From Acidiferrobacterales bacterium (GTDB lineage Bacteria; Pseudomonadota; Gammaproteobacteria; Arenicellales; Poriferihabitantaceae), in assembly GCA_019633985.1 (NCBI GenBank), contig JAHQWE010000088.1:12956-76955 (forward strand): a stretch of 64,000 nucleotides of DNA. Reading direction: 5' to 3'. Below the pieces are notes generated by a model, which saw only the letters and a program-made list of their open reading frames with translations, was not told the DNA's origin and made no database searches. This document shows positions 1 through 9,166 of this stretch, piece after piece. Numbering within the stretch: the first letter of the stretch is position 1; each line of letters starts with the position of its first letter. The position numbers and the translations under genes were made by a program.

Positions 1-1241
1 TTATCCTTCGGCGCAACTGCCATGGAGATAACAGGATCTGGGAACACCATCGGTTCCAGCGTTGCCGGATCTTTCGGATCAGCTAAGGTATGCCCGGTCT
101 GCACATTCTTCATGCCGAGCACCGCGACAATATCGCCGGCCTGGGCAGAGTTCAGCTCCACACGATCGTCGGCATGCATTTCAACGATCCGGCCAATACG
201 TTCATTCTTACCCGTAAACGTATTCATGACGGTATCGCCCTTGGCGATCTTGCCCGAATAAACACGTATAAAGGTTAAAGCCCCATATCGATCATCCATA
301 ATCTTGAACGCCAATGCACGGAATGGCTTGTCGGTATCTACCAGCGCAAACTCGCCGGTTTCATTGCCTTCAAGATCCACTTCAGGCTGCGGCTTCACTT
401 CGGTTGGATTCGGCAGGTAATCGACAACAGCGTTCAAGACCAGTTGCACACCTTTGTTTTTAAACGCAGATCCACAGTAAGTCGGGAAGAAATCCAGTGC
501 GATTGTGCCTTTGCGAATACACGCCTTGATGGTATCTATATCAGGCTCTTCGCCCTCCAGATATTTCTCCATGGCATCGTCATCCTGTTCGAGCGCAGTC
601 TCGATCAGCTTCTCTCGATACTCTTCGACTTTGTCGACCATATCGGCGGGCACATCTTCCTCATGGTAAGCCATAGGATTACCAGAGTCGTCCCAGATCC
701 ACGCCCTACGGGTCAGCAGATCGACCACACCCTTGAAATCGTCTTCGATGCCGATTGGCAGCACCATGACCAGCGGGTTCGCTGCCAGCACGTTTTCGAC
801 TTGATCCACTACGCGATAAAAATCCGCACCCATGCGGTCCAGCTTATTGACGAAAATAATTCGCGCGACTTCTGAGTCGTTAGCGTAGCGCCAGTTGGTC
901 TCAGATTGTGGTTCCACACCTCCGGATCCGCAGAATACACCAACACCACCATCGAGCACCTTTAAAGATCGATAAACTTCGATCGTGAAGTCAACGTGCC
1001 CCGGCGTATCGATAATATTTAGGCGATGTCCGTCCCACTCACAGCTAGTTGCTGCTGACTGGATCGTGATACCACGCTCGCGCTCCTGATCCATGAAGTC
1101 TGTGGTCGCTTCACCGTCATGCACTTCACCGATTTTATGAATCTTGCCGGTGAGGCTGAGAATGCGCTCAGTAGTTGTGGTTTTGCCCGCATCTACGTGA
1201 GCAAAAATGCCGATATTTCGATAAGTCGATAGGTCTGTCAT
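1..1241 (-). CDS. fusA: Elongation factor G paralogue (EF-G 2 type), N-terminal ~413 codons; 3' end lies beyond the window
   Basis: Not in the supplied ORF track because it is open at the window edge. Hand translation of the minus strand from ATG at 1241 gives [28 protein letters not shown]...[14 protein letters not shown]...[12 protein letters not shown] (G1/G3/G4 GTPase motifs in EF-G order). The frame stays open to position 1. Confidence 0.9.
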   Translation of the reverse strand, partial: MTDLSTYRNIGIFAHVDAGKTTTTERILSLTGKIHKIGEVHDGEATTDFMDQERERGITIQSAATSCEWDGHRLNIIDTPGHVDFTIEVYRSLKVLDGGVGVFCGSGGVEPQSETNWRYANDSEVARIIFVNKLDRMGADFYRVVDQVENVLAANPLVMVLPIGIEDDFKGVVDLLTRRAWIWDDSGNPMAYHEEDVPADMVDKVEEYREKLIETALEQDDDAMEKYLEGEEPDIDTIKACIRKGTIALDFFPTYCGSAFKNKGVQLVLNAVVDYLPNPTEVKPQPEVDLEGNETGEFALVDTDKPFRALAFKIMDDRYGALTFIRVYSGKIAKGDTVMNTFTGKNERIGRIVEMHADDRVELNSAQAGDIVAVLGMKNVQTGHTLADPKDPATLEPMVFPDPVISMAVAPKD

Positions 1242-1629
1242 GACGGTAATCCGACGATGTGTTAATTGATTCAGTGAAACGCGATAATTCGATTGGGCTC
1301 AAAACAGCAGGAGTTTCAGAGAAACCGCATTGGTTCTCCCTACTCCACCAGCCTTCAGAAACTTCCTTTCGGCCATTTTGAAATAGCAAAAACGGGCGCA
1401 GGCGGGTTACATTCCGTCCCCAGGTTTCGAGCGGGCGCGATGATACCGCATCTGGGGTCGCAAAACATGGGTGCCGCAAACCATTTTTCAACAATTTCAG
1501 CGAAAAATCGGCATATTTCGAAGAATTTCGGACGATCATATTCGTTCAAGACTGAAAAGCTTTGGCTAAACGGTAGATTACACACTGCGATTTCGGCTGA
1601 GATCGATCATTTTTACAGGCAAATACTCT

Positions 1630-2409
1630 ATGGCATGGTGGGGAAAATTAATTGGTGGCGCTCTTGGATTTCTGATTGGCGGCCCGCTGGGAGCGTTACT
1701 GGGGGCGTCATTCGGACACAATTTTGACGGTGATAGCTCTGGAGATCGTCCCCGCGCACTCCCTGGCGATCAGGAACGCACCCAGGCAGCATTTTTTACC
1801 GCGACTTTTTCCGTGATGGGATACGTGGCGAAATCTGATGGCCGTGTCAGCAGCGAAGAAATCCAGCTAGCCAATGCACTGATGGATGAAATGCAGTTAC
1901 CGGAAGCGCAGAAGAAAGTCGCGAGAAACCTGTTTACAAAAGGCAAGCAACCCGATTTCGATTTTGATGGCGTCATGGCACAGTTTCGAAAAGAGTGTCA
2001 TAGACGAACCACGCTGCTAAGGATGTTCTTGGAAATCCAAGTGCAGGCCGCTTTTGCTGACCAGCGACTTGATCCCAAAGAAAACCGGATACTCAAAGAG
2101 ATTGCCTCTCTTCTCGGTTTTCGAACCGCTGACCTGGAACAGCTGATTGACCTGGTGCGCGGGGGCGCGGAAGCACAGGCACATCCCGAGACTCTAAGTC
2201 TGGAAGATGCCTATAAGGTATTGGGTGCGAATGAGAAAATGACGCTAGTAGAGGTCAAAAAGTCCTACCGAAAATTGCTCAGTCAACATCATCCAGACAA
2301 ACTGGTTTCTCGCGGTCTACCAGAAGAAATGATCGAATTGGCAAATGAAAAGACCCGGGAAATCAAAACTGCCTGGCAAACCATTAAGAGCGCCAGAGGA
2401 GGTCGGTAA
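1630..2409 (+). CDS. djlA: Co-chaperone DjlA (N-terminal TM segment, TerB-like middle domain, C-terminal J domain)
   Basis: N-terminus MAWWGKLIGGALGFLIGGPLGALLGA and a C-terminal J domain with YRKLLSQHHPDK (HPD motif). Confidence 0.9.
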   Translation: MAWWGKLIGGALGFLIGGPLGALLGASFGHNFDGDSSGDRPRALPGDQERTQAAFFTATFSVMGYVAKSDGRVSSEEIQLANALMDEMQLPEAQKKVARNLFTKGKQPDFDFDGVMAQFRKECHRRTTLLRMFLEIQVQAAFADQRLDPKENRILKEIASLLGFRTADLEQLIDLVRGGAEAQAHPETLSLEDAYKVLGANEKMTLVEVKKSYRKLLSQHHPDKLVSRGLPEEMIELANEKTREIKTAWQTIKSARGGR

Positions 2410-2413
2410 CGCG

Positions 2414-3124
2414 ATGTCAGATTCCATACTGTTTATTCATCACTATGAAACTGAGCTGGTAGATACCGCATGGGCACATCTGGGGAAGCTCGGTTTTGAT
2501 CAGGTTGATGTAAAGCCTTTTAAAGGCGAACCACTTCCTGATTCTCTTACCGATTTTGCAGGTATCGTCATTTACGGCGGCAGTCAAAATATAACAGAAT
2601 TGGATCAATTTCCCTTTTTGCAAAAAGAGATCGAACTCATTCTCAACGCAATCGAGGAGAGTATTCCGGTGCTTGGAATATGTCTGGGCGGTCAGCTAAT
2701 TGCTCACGCGTTGGGAGGAGACGTTTCCAGACGTACACCGGCTGAATGTGAGTTTGGAATTTATCCGCTCAACCCGACTGTAGCGGGGAAAAACTGGATA
2801 CCTGCATCCTTTCACGCGGTGCAAGCGCATTACGAAGAGTTTTCTATCCCACCAGGTGCGGTGAAACTCGCAACGAGCGAACGATTTCCCAACCAAGCAT
2901 TTTGCTACCGTGACAATGTCTACGCATTGCAATTTCATCCCGAAACGACCCTGGAGATCCTGCGAGATTGGCAACAGGCAGACTGGGCAATGTACGGAAT
3001 CAATGGCGCGCAATCCAAAGCTGACCAGGACAAGTTTGCCGATACACATACTGAAATTCAGCGGCGCTGGTTCGAGTCGTTTTTAGACCAGCTCTTTGTT
3101 CGGGGTAAGAAAAACCTCCTGTGA
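2414..3124 (+). CDS. Class I glutamine amidotransferase (GMP-synthase-like GATase domain protein)
   Basis: ATG at 2414 lies inside the longer track ORF 2345..3124, just after the djlA stop. Nucleophile elbow GICLGGQ and LQFHPE (His-Glu of the triad) are present. Confidence 0.8.
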   Translation: MSDSILFIHHYETELVDTAWAHLGKLGFDQVDVKPFKGEPLPDSLTDFAGIVIYGGSQNITELDQFPFLQKEIELILNAIEESIPVLGICLGGQLIAHALGGDVSRRTPAECEFGIYPLNPTVAGKNWIPASFHAVQAHYEEFSIPPGAVKLATSERFPNQAFCYRDNVYALQFHPETTLEILRDWQQADWAMYGINGAQSKADQDKFADTHTEIQRRWFESFLDQLFVRGKKNLL

Positions 3125-3189
3125 TATTTTTTCATTTTCGAGACTTTAACCCCAGCAGTGAGATCAAAAATAGATTGGAGAATGGCTAT

Positions 3190-3975
3190 TTAATGCTGAT
3201 ATCCAAGTATTTTTAGACTCAACTGATAGTCTGCGTTATCCTGAAGTTGCTCCTCTAGCTCCGCGTCTTGCTCTCTTCTTGGTAAGGGTCGAATGCGTGG
3301 CGCCTCAGCGGTAGATGTCCCTCTAGAACTATTTTTATTGTCGCCGGTAATCGCCGTATTCGTATGCCATCGGTCGAGAAAACCCGGGTCATAGTCGAGC
3401 TCAAGTAACTCGCAAATCCTTTGCATGGTAGCTTCCGGCGCATGGGTAAATTGTTCATATTGGACATAACAACCACAAACTGCTTCTGCATAGCGCCTGT
3501 ATCCTTGAACAAACGCTTCGACCGTCAGTTTTCCTGCATAGATCTTCAACCTACGGGTGCTCAGCCATTGATCCAGAGGATGTCTGACCAGTGCACAGCG
3601 ATGAATCGAAAAATGGGGTTCCAGCACCTTGTTGAGATGGAACTCATAGGTGGGCTCGTCCTTCAATATTCGGCCGATAAAGTCAATCGACGCCCAGTCT
3701 CTGAGCACCATGACTGTGCCTTCTCCTCGAGTGACATCGTAAATAGCTTTTACCCCTTCAACAAAGGGGGACCGACGGTCTACGTCGGATTGACGAGCCA
3801 ATTGATACCAACGATGTGCCTGACTGGTTACATTCATGTAATCTACATGATTGGCGTCGGGATGAATCTCACTAAATAATCGAACTCCCGACATAGCACC
3901 GATACATTTGCTCACCATGGTGCCACCTGAACGCGCCATGTTATGAAAAATTCTGATGGGAGGTTGTTTGCTCAT
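3190..3975 (-). CDS. Sulfotransferase-family protein (cytoplasmic)
   Basis: Start taken at the internal ATG (MSKQPPIRIFHN...). A 5'-PSB-like loop HNMARSGGT, a 3'-PB-like LVRHPLDQWLS and the typical YEQF...ICELLELDYDP tail are present. Confidence 0.6.
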   Translation of the reverse strand: MSKQPPIRIFHNMARSGGTMVSKCIGAMSGVRLFSEIHPDANHVDYMNVTSQAHRWYQLARQSDVDRRSPFVEGVKAIYDVTRGEGTVMVLRDWASIDFIGRILKDEPTYEFHLNKVLEPHFSIHRCALVRHPLDQWLSTRRLKIYAGKLTVEAFVQGYRRYAEAVCGCYVQYEQFTHAPEATMQRICELLELDYDPGFLDRWHTNTAITGDNKNSSRGTSTAEAPRIRPLPRREQDAELEEQLQDNADYQLSLKILGYQH

Positions 3976-4237
3976 CAAAAGGCGGCAGAGATAATTTATC
4001 CAGCAATTCAATCAATCGCTAAGTATAATGTTGCGGTCGGAGTTTTGGCAGACAATAATCCGGTTGTTTAATTTAGGGAGCCTCTGCATAAGTCTGGGCG
4101 AGTCAGGTTGAGATGAGAATAATTCAAGGTCAAGGCGAACAGCGTAAGTAATAGCAGGACGCCGTCGGCAGGGCTATTGCGTCGTTTTTCAACAAAGAGA
4201 TTGGAATATTCTCGCTAAAACTAACCGGTCACGACTT

Positions 4238-4780
4238 TTGCAGAAGTTCCCCAGCTTCTCCGAGTGGAATCACTTTATGGCATTTGAATTTATTGGACAC
4301 GCAGACGATGTAGCAAAGCAACAACAGCTTTGGGGAGCAGTGCTGCTGGGCGCCAGCGCACTACTAGCCGGTTACACCATCAGCAAGGGTAAGCCCGCGG
4401 TATATTGGGGCGGTGTCCTTGTCATTGCCGCGATCGGCGTTTTTTACCTGTATCAATGGTCTCAGTTAAAAACCAATATGGGAGAATGGATTATTCGCGC
4501 AGATGACAACGGTATTTCCTGGCGATCACCTGATGAATCCATTGATCGTTCTTTTAATGTCTCTTACACAAATATTGAATACATAGACCGAAGCGCCATG
4601 TTAAACCCATCAGATCATCGGCGGGTTTATCATCTCATTCTCCGTGACGGAGACCCTGTTAAATTGAATGCAATCAGCGGGGTTGATCTAGAAGCTTTAG
4701 TCGCAACCGTGGCGAATGCGGGAATAGAGATCAGGGAAACAAATGATTACTACCTCCCTGTTGAAGAACGTAACAAGTAG
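4238..4780 (+). CDS. Hypothetical membrane protein (two predicted TM helices, soluble C-terminal domain)
   Basis: 180-aa ORF with hydrophobic stretches LWGAVLLGASALLAGYTI and VYWGGVLVIAAIGVFYLY. I recognise no motif. Track start is TTG; an ATG at 4277 is an alternative. Confidence 0.5.
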   Translation: MQKFPSFSEWNHFMAFEFIGHADDVAKQQQLWGAVLLGASALLAGYTISKGKPAVYWGGVLVIAAIGVFYLYQWSQLKTNMGEWIIRADDNGISWRSPDESIDRSFNVSYTNIEYIDRSAMLNPSDHRRVYHLILRDGDPVKLNAISGVDLEALVATVANAGIEIRETNDYYLPVEERNK

Positions 4781-4799
4781 TTAACCACAGCAAAACTCT

Positions 4800-5075
4800 A
4801 TGCCTAATCCCGATTCATCTAATCGTGATCGCCGCCAACGCAATCGCAGACGACCCAGAAGACAGCCAGGAATGCGCGACACCACCGTTCCTTCCCCCTG
4901 TCTCTCGGTATGTCGATTTGATGGTGAACCATACTGTGTCGGCTGCTATCGAAATGCCGACGAGATCAGAGAATGGATGATTATGACTAGAGAAGAGAAA
5001 CTGGCCGTACTGGCGCAGCTTCCTGGTCGAAAAAACTCTGACTCAGGCTCTTCCAAATATGGTTCAGATTCCTGA
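4800..5075 (+). CDS. DUF1289-family small cysteine-rich protein
   Basis: SPCLSVCRFDGEPYCVGCYRNADEIREW matches the remembered DUF1289 pattern (C-x3-C...C-x-G-C-x-R...E-x3-W). The N-terminus is basic. Confidence 0.7.
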   Translation: MPNPDSSNRDRRQRNRRRPRRQPGMRDTTVPSPCLSVCRFDGEPYCVGCYRNADEIREWMIMTREEKLAVLAQLPGRKNSDSGSSKYGSDS

Positions 5076-5095
5076 TCTACCGATACCAAAGTAGT

Positions 5096-5599
5096 GTGGT
5101 CCAAGATACTGATACCGAAATAAGCAAATCTGAGCGTAAGCGCAGGCACAAAGCGCTTCAAGACTTTGTCTCAGATTTGACAGAAGCCCCGGAAAACCAA
5201 CTTGCCCGTATCGGTTTCGACGAAGCGATTTTGGAAGAAATTCGTACCGCACGTAAAATGACCAAGTCTGCTCGAAATCGGCAAATTGGGTTTATCAGTA
5301 AAAAAATGGATCGGGAACTGGACTACATCACTATCGAATCGGCGAGGCAGACCTTCGAAGCCTTCAAGCACCCGTCAGCTGCCGCAAACGCCCATTTCCA
5401 TCAACTGGAAAACTGGAGAGAATCTCTCATCAACGGAGACCGATCTTTGCTTGAACGTCTAGTAAACGAATTCAATGCTGATCGACAGCAACTCAGGAGG
5501 TTGATTCGTGAAGCAAACAAACAAATGGAATTTGATCAAACACCCACGGCAAGCAGACAATTATTTCAATATCTACGGAAATTGTCTGAGGTCAGGTAA
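5096..5599 (+). CDS. yjgA: Ribosome-associated protein YjgA/DarP (DUF615)
   Basis: SKSERKRRHKALQDF...ARNRQIGFISKKM and overall size fit the YjgA family. GTG start. Confidence 0.8.
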   Translation: MVQDTDTEISKSERKRRHKALQDFVSDLTEAPENQLARIGFDEAILEEIRTARKMTKSARNRQIGFISKKMDRELDYITIESARQTFEAFKHPSAAANAHFHQLENWRESLINGDRSLLERLVNEFNADRQQLRRLIREANKQMEFDQTPTASRQLFQYLRKLSEVR

Positions 5600-6030
5600 T
5601 ACAGTTAACTACACTCTGATCAGGTTCTGTGTATCGCTGTATCATTTTTTGCATGATTTGGCTGCTTCGCGCTAAATACGAACCGCGCTCATTTCTCGCG
5701 TAAGGCAATTTTTCCTTCTCAACACATTCAGCGTGTCTTCAGAATGAGGCCTGTATATTCGCATTTTTCACATTTTTGTTCCGGTGACGTGTTTTTCCTT
5801 GCACTCTAAGCGTAAGAGAACATACACTGATGGGAAATCAAAATAGAAAAGTCGCAACGCCTGTGAGGGGCTTACTCGATCTCAAGGATTCGTAGATCTT
5901 CTTTGTCATCAGTGCCCCCAGATTTAGCTTCATGCAATTGGAGCATCAAACGTTGTGACAATAAAAAACTAAGGGGGTCTGCAACTGCAGATCAGTTCGT
6001 GCTTAATCAAAAAGAAATCGAATCGCTGCA

Positions 6031-7335
6031 ATGAAATTACTTCTTATTGGCGTTACGGCCATTCTGTCATTTGGATTGTTATCGCCAGCTGCATATGCCC
6101 AGGCTGAAGAAATGACTACCGATCAAAAACTTGACCTACTGCTGATCGGCTTCTCTGCCATGCTTGTATTTATTATGCAAGGTGGGTTTGCATTGTTGGA
6201 AAGCGGCATGGTTCGCGCCAAAAACACCGTTAACGTTTTGATGAAAAACTATATCGACGTTTGCGTTGTCATGTTGGTATTTTGGGCAGTTGGTTATGGT
6301 TTGATGTGGGGAAGTAACCCGACCGGTTTCTTTGGCACCAACAAATTTCTATTTGCCAGTGGTGAACCGATCGAAACGATGAATCTGTTTTACCAGGTAA
6401 TGTTCGCCGCAACAGCTGCAACAATCATTAGCGGCGCACTCGCCGAGCGTGTTAATTTTGTGGCATACATTATCATCTCTGTTTTCGTTTCCGGATTCAT
6501 CTACCCAATTTTTGGTAGCTGGGCCTGGGGAGACGGAGGCTGGTTAAACGAAGTTGGATTTATAGATTTCGCCGGCGGCACGGTGGTACACGGCGTTGGG
6601 GGATGGAGCGCTTTGGCTGCCGCCATTATCCTCGGCCCACGACTTGGACGATTCAGCAAGGACGGCGAGAAGCGTCATATCCTTGGACACAATCTTCCAT
6701 TGGTAGCACTGAGCGGATTTCTTTTGTGGTTTGGCTGGTTTGGATTTAATGGCGGCAGTGCTGGGAGAGTAGACGCTTCTTTTCCGTTGATTTTGTTCAA
6801 CACCAATATTGGTGGAGCAGCTGGAGGATTGGCCGGGGTACTCATGATGCTGTTTACACGACAACCGGTTCTTTTAACCACCACCATCGCTGCGAGCATC
6901 GGTGGCTTGGTAGCGATTACTTCAGGAGCTGCCACCATGACTCCTATTTTCGCGGCAATAACCGGAGCAATTGGCGGCATGGTTGCGGTATTCGGAATCA
7001 CTTTGCTGGAGAAACTCGGTATCGACGACGCGGTAGGGGCTATTCCCTGTCACGCATTTGCCGGATTCTGGGGCACACTTGCTACCGGGATATTCTACTC
7101 AGACAATATGTTTGATCTGGGGCTCATCCTTATACAGCTTACTGGCGCAGTCGCGTGCATGCTTTGGTCGTTTATAGGTGCATTCCTTTTGTTTAGCACG
7201 CTGAACGCCATTTCCAGAATACGAGTGAATGCGGGCGACGAACGGCGTGGTCTCGACTATTCAGAACACTACGAAATTGGCTATCCGGAATTTCAAACCC
7301 AAATGCTCAATCCGGGTAAAACTCAGACCGACTAA
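6031..7335 (+). CDS. amt: Ammonium transporter (Amt family) with cleavable signal peptide
   Basis: Signal peptide ...SPAAYAQAEE, then the FIMQGGFALLESGMVRAKN signature, 11 hydrophobic segments and the FAGGTVVHGVGGW motif. Confidence 0.95.
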   Translation: MKLLLIGVTAILSFGLLSPAAYAQAEEMTTDQKLDLLLIGFSAMLVFIMQGGFALLESGMVRAKNTVNVLMKNYIDVCVVMLVFWAVGYGLMWGSNPTGFFGTNKFLFASGEPIETMNLFYQVMFAATAATIISGALAERVNFVAYIIISVFVSGFIYPIFGSWAWGDGGWLNEVGFIDFAGGTVVHGVGGWSALAAAIILGPRLGRFSKDGEKRHILGHNLPLVALSGFLLWFGWFGFNGGSAGRVDASFPLILFNTNIGGAAGGLAGVLMMLFTRQPVLLTTTIAASIGGLVAITSGAATMTPIFAAITGAIGGMVAVFGITLLEKLGIDDAVGAIPCHAFAGFWGTLATGIFYSDNMFDLGLILIQLTGAVACMLWSFIGAFLLFSTLNAISRIRVNAGDERRGLDYSEHYEIGYPEFQTQMLNPGKTQTD

Positions 7336-7336
7336 A

Positions 7337-8050
7337 ATGTTCGAACTAGAAATAGAGAAGGTCAAAAGCCAGTTACCTTTACTTTTGTTCGGTGTTATCA
7401 ACTCAGGTGATTCAGCGTCGTATGAAAAGCTATGGGAGGCGGGTGTCAAGCAACTCGCTTCTCATAGTGAGGACAAGCGCTCATTTTTTCGTGAAACGTT
7501 ATTGCTGACTATCAAGCTGAATCGCCGCTTTAATGTGGACACGATTACCGGCAACCGTATTCGCCGAGAAATTCTCGATGCATTTTTGGACTCTAACCAA
7601 AGCCCGTTAAATCAGCCTTCCATTAATCAACCAAGTGGTTACTCCGAGCCAGATAGTCAAATCAGCAGCTTTTCACAGCTGAACAACGTCGAGCAAATTT
7701 CAGACAAACACATCGTAGTTGATGCGTTACTCAGTGAACTCGAACAACTTTACGATCAGCGGTTTAATGTTCAGGGGGCGATGAAACGCGAGTTAGTAGA
7801 AGCGCTTGGGCAGTTACCTATCACCTCCAAAAACAAACTCGCGCTCAAGCGCTGGGCAACCATCACTCCGTTTCAGGGCAGATTTGACAGCTTTGCCGAA
7901 GAAGAACTGCGGTTGATTGTTGACCAAATTTATACGTTTTTCTGCGACGAGTGGGGGCCTGCTGAAGCTGACAAAGAGATTTCGAAAGTGGCAACCGCAG
8001 TAGAGTCTTTACCTGAATCGCGCCAATTTTCTCTCAAGCAGATTCTATAA
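7337..8050 (+). CDS. Hypothetical protein, paralogue A of an amt-linked pair
   Basis: ATG at 7337, 1 nt after the amt stop (the track ORF start at 7229 overlaps amt). It shares blocks with 8445..9125: SFFRETLLLTIKLNRRFNVD vs SLFRETLLVTQKLNRNYRVD, and LKRW...LRLIVDQIY vs LKNW...LRTIVDNLY. Confidence 0.65.
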   Translation: MFELEIEKVKSQLPLLLFGVINSGDSASYEKLWEAGVKQLASHSEDKRSFFRETLLLTIKLNRRFNVDTITGNRIRREILDAFLDSNQSPLNQPSINQPSGYSEPDSQISSFSQLNNVEQISDKHIVVDALLSELEQLYDQRFNVQGAMKRELVEALGQLPITSKNKLALKRWATITPFQGRFDSFAEEELRLIVDQIYTFFCDEWGPAEADKEISKVATAVESLPESRQFSLKQIL

Positions 8051-8536
8051 CTGGCGATTAGAGGTTCTTTCTGCACTCATTCCTAGCCGAAGTGCAAATC
8101 CAACGTATAGAACTCTCTCCAAATCGGCTTCAATAACTCTATTCCCAAAATCCACTGGATTTCGGTACTTTGTATGCGCTATGATCTTATTAAAGTGCAT
8201 ACGAATCCGTTCCAGGTGAGAAGAACTATTCGAACAGATTTGGGGATTAGAAAAAAACACTGCAAACATATTGGTTAGTATATAACCATGCTGATGCAGC
8301 AGGGAAATCACAAAAAAAAATTGGACGAGGCACTTCTCGGAACATGTTTCCCCAGATATTGGGCGATATGCTGTTTCGTATAACAAACCCAAGCAATCGG
8401 CTTTAGGGTTAGTGTGAGGCAAAAGTTTAAAATAAATTTTCGTTATGGGGAACGAAATGTCCAATTTTGATGCAAAGGTCATACTGGTCCGGCGGAAACT
8501 GCCCGACCGACTGGCGCAATGCCTGGATACTGCCAC
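8045..8536 (-). CDS. Questionable ORF in the AT-rich spacer; weak resemblance to the C-terminal part of REP-associated tyrosine transposases (RAYT/IS200-like)
   Basis: A 163-codon open frame in AT-rich DNA, where stop codons should be frequent. LLHQHGYIL and YRNPVDFGNRVIEADL loosely recall the HUH and Y-x-NPV-x2-G-x-V motifs of RAYTs. Its 5' end overlaps the start of 8445..9125, so it may be a remnant or a chance frame. Confidence 0.25.
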   Translation of the reverse strand: MAVSRHCASRSGSFRRTSMTFASKLDISFPITKIYFKLLPHTNPKADCLGLLYETAYRPISGETCSEKCLVQFFFVISLLHQHGYILTNMFAVFFSNPQICSNSSSHLERIRMHFNKIIAHTKYRNPVDFGNRVIEADLERVLYVGFALRLGMSAERTSNRQL

Positions 8537-9125
8537 CGCCTCTGGCTATTGTAGGGAATGGAGCAACGCATTAGCGGAGCTACAATCTCAATTCTCCGAT
8601 AATCATTCTCTGTTTAGGGAAACCCTGCTGGTCACACAAAAGTTAAATAGAAACTACCGGGTTGACCAACCCACTCGAAAAGACATTAATCAATTATTGC
8701 TCCGATCTTTCACGGGTAAAAGAGATGATTCGCTGGGGTTGATAGAAAAACCGATCACCGAAGATCCACGTGTTAATGAAGAACACATCTTTGTACGGTT
8801 CCTTGATGCAGTGAAAGATAGCTACGATACCCGCATGGGGCGTGCCAACAAATTTGCGTTGGATTTTCAATGCCGCCTGACCTCCATGAAAATATCTTTC
8901 GATTCGGTTAGAGTTTTAAAGAACTGGATCAGTAGCCGAGCGGTCACACCTAACTTTGACGAAGTCCCTGCCTCCGATTTACGAACAATCGTTGATAATC
9001 TTTATATTCTGATCGAGCTACAATTTGGAAGCACTGCTGCAGATATCATTTTGTCGGATGCAATTTTAACTGCCGAGACGCAGGCCAAGGCGGGGCAGCT
9101 ATCAATCAGGGATTTAATGCAATAA
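8445..9125 (+). CDS. Hypothetical protein, paralogue B of the amt-linked pair
   Basis: 226-aa ORF with blockwise similarity to 7337..8050 over its whole length. I recognise no family. Confidence 0.65.
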   Translation: MGNEMSNFDAKVILVRRKLPDRLAQCLDTATASGYCREWSNALAELQSQFSDNHSLFRETLLVTQKLNRNYRVDQPTRKDINQLLLRSFTGKRDDSLGLIEKPITEDPRVNEEHIFVRFLDAVKDSYDTRMGRANKFALDFQCRLTSMKISFDSVRVLKNWISSRAVTPNFDEVPASDLRTIVDNLYILIELQFGSTAADIILSDAILTAETQAKAGQLSIRDLMQ

Positions 9126-9166
9126 ATTAGCTGGGAGCTCTCATCCCATCAACCCCATCCATGCCA

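Noticed and set aside
5900-5960. Candidate sigma-54 -24/-12 promoter upstream of amt (TGGAGCATCAAACGTTGT), plus TGGCTGCTTCGCGC near 5660.
   Set aside because: The GG-to-GC spacing and the -12 element do not fit TGGCAC-N5-TTGCA in either case, so they are not reported as features.
7229-7336. Upstream extension of paralogue A overlapping the 3' end of amt.
   Set aside because: It overlaps the amt coding sequence in another frame. The ATG at 7337, directly after the amt stop, gives a sensible start.
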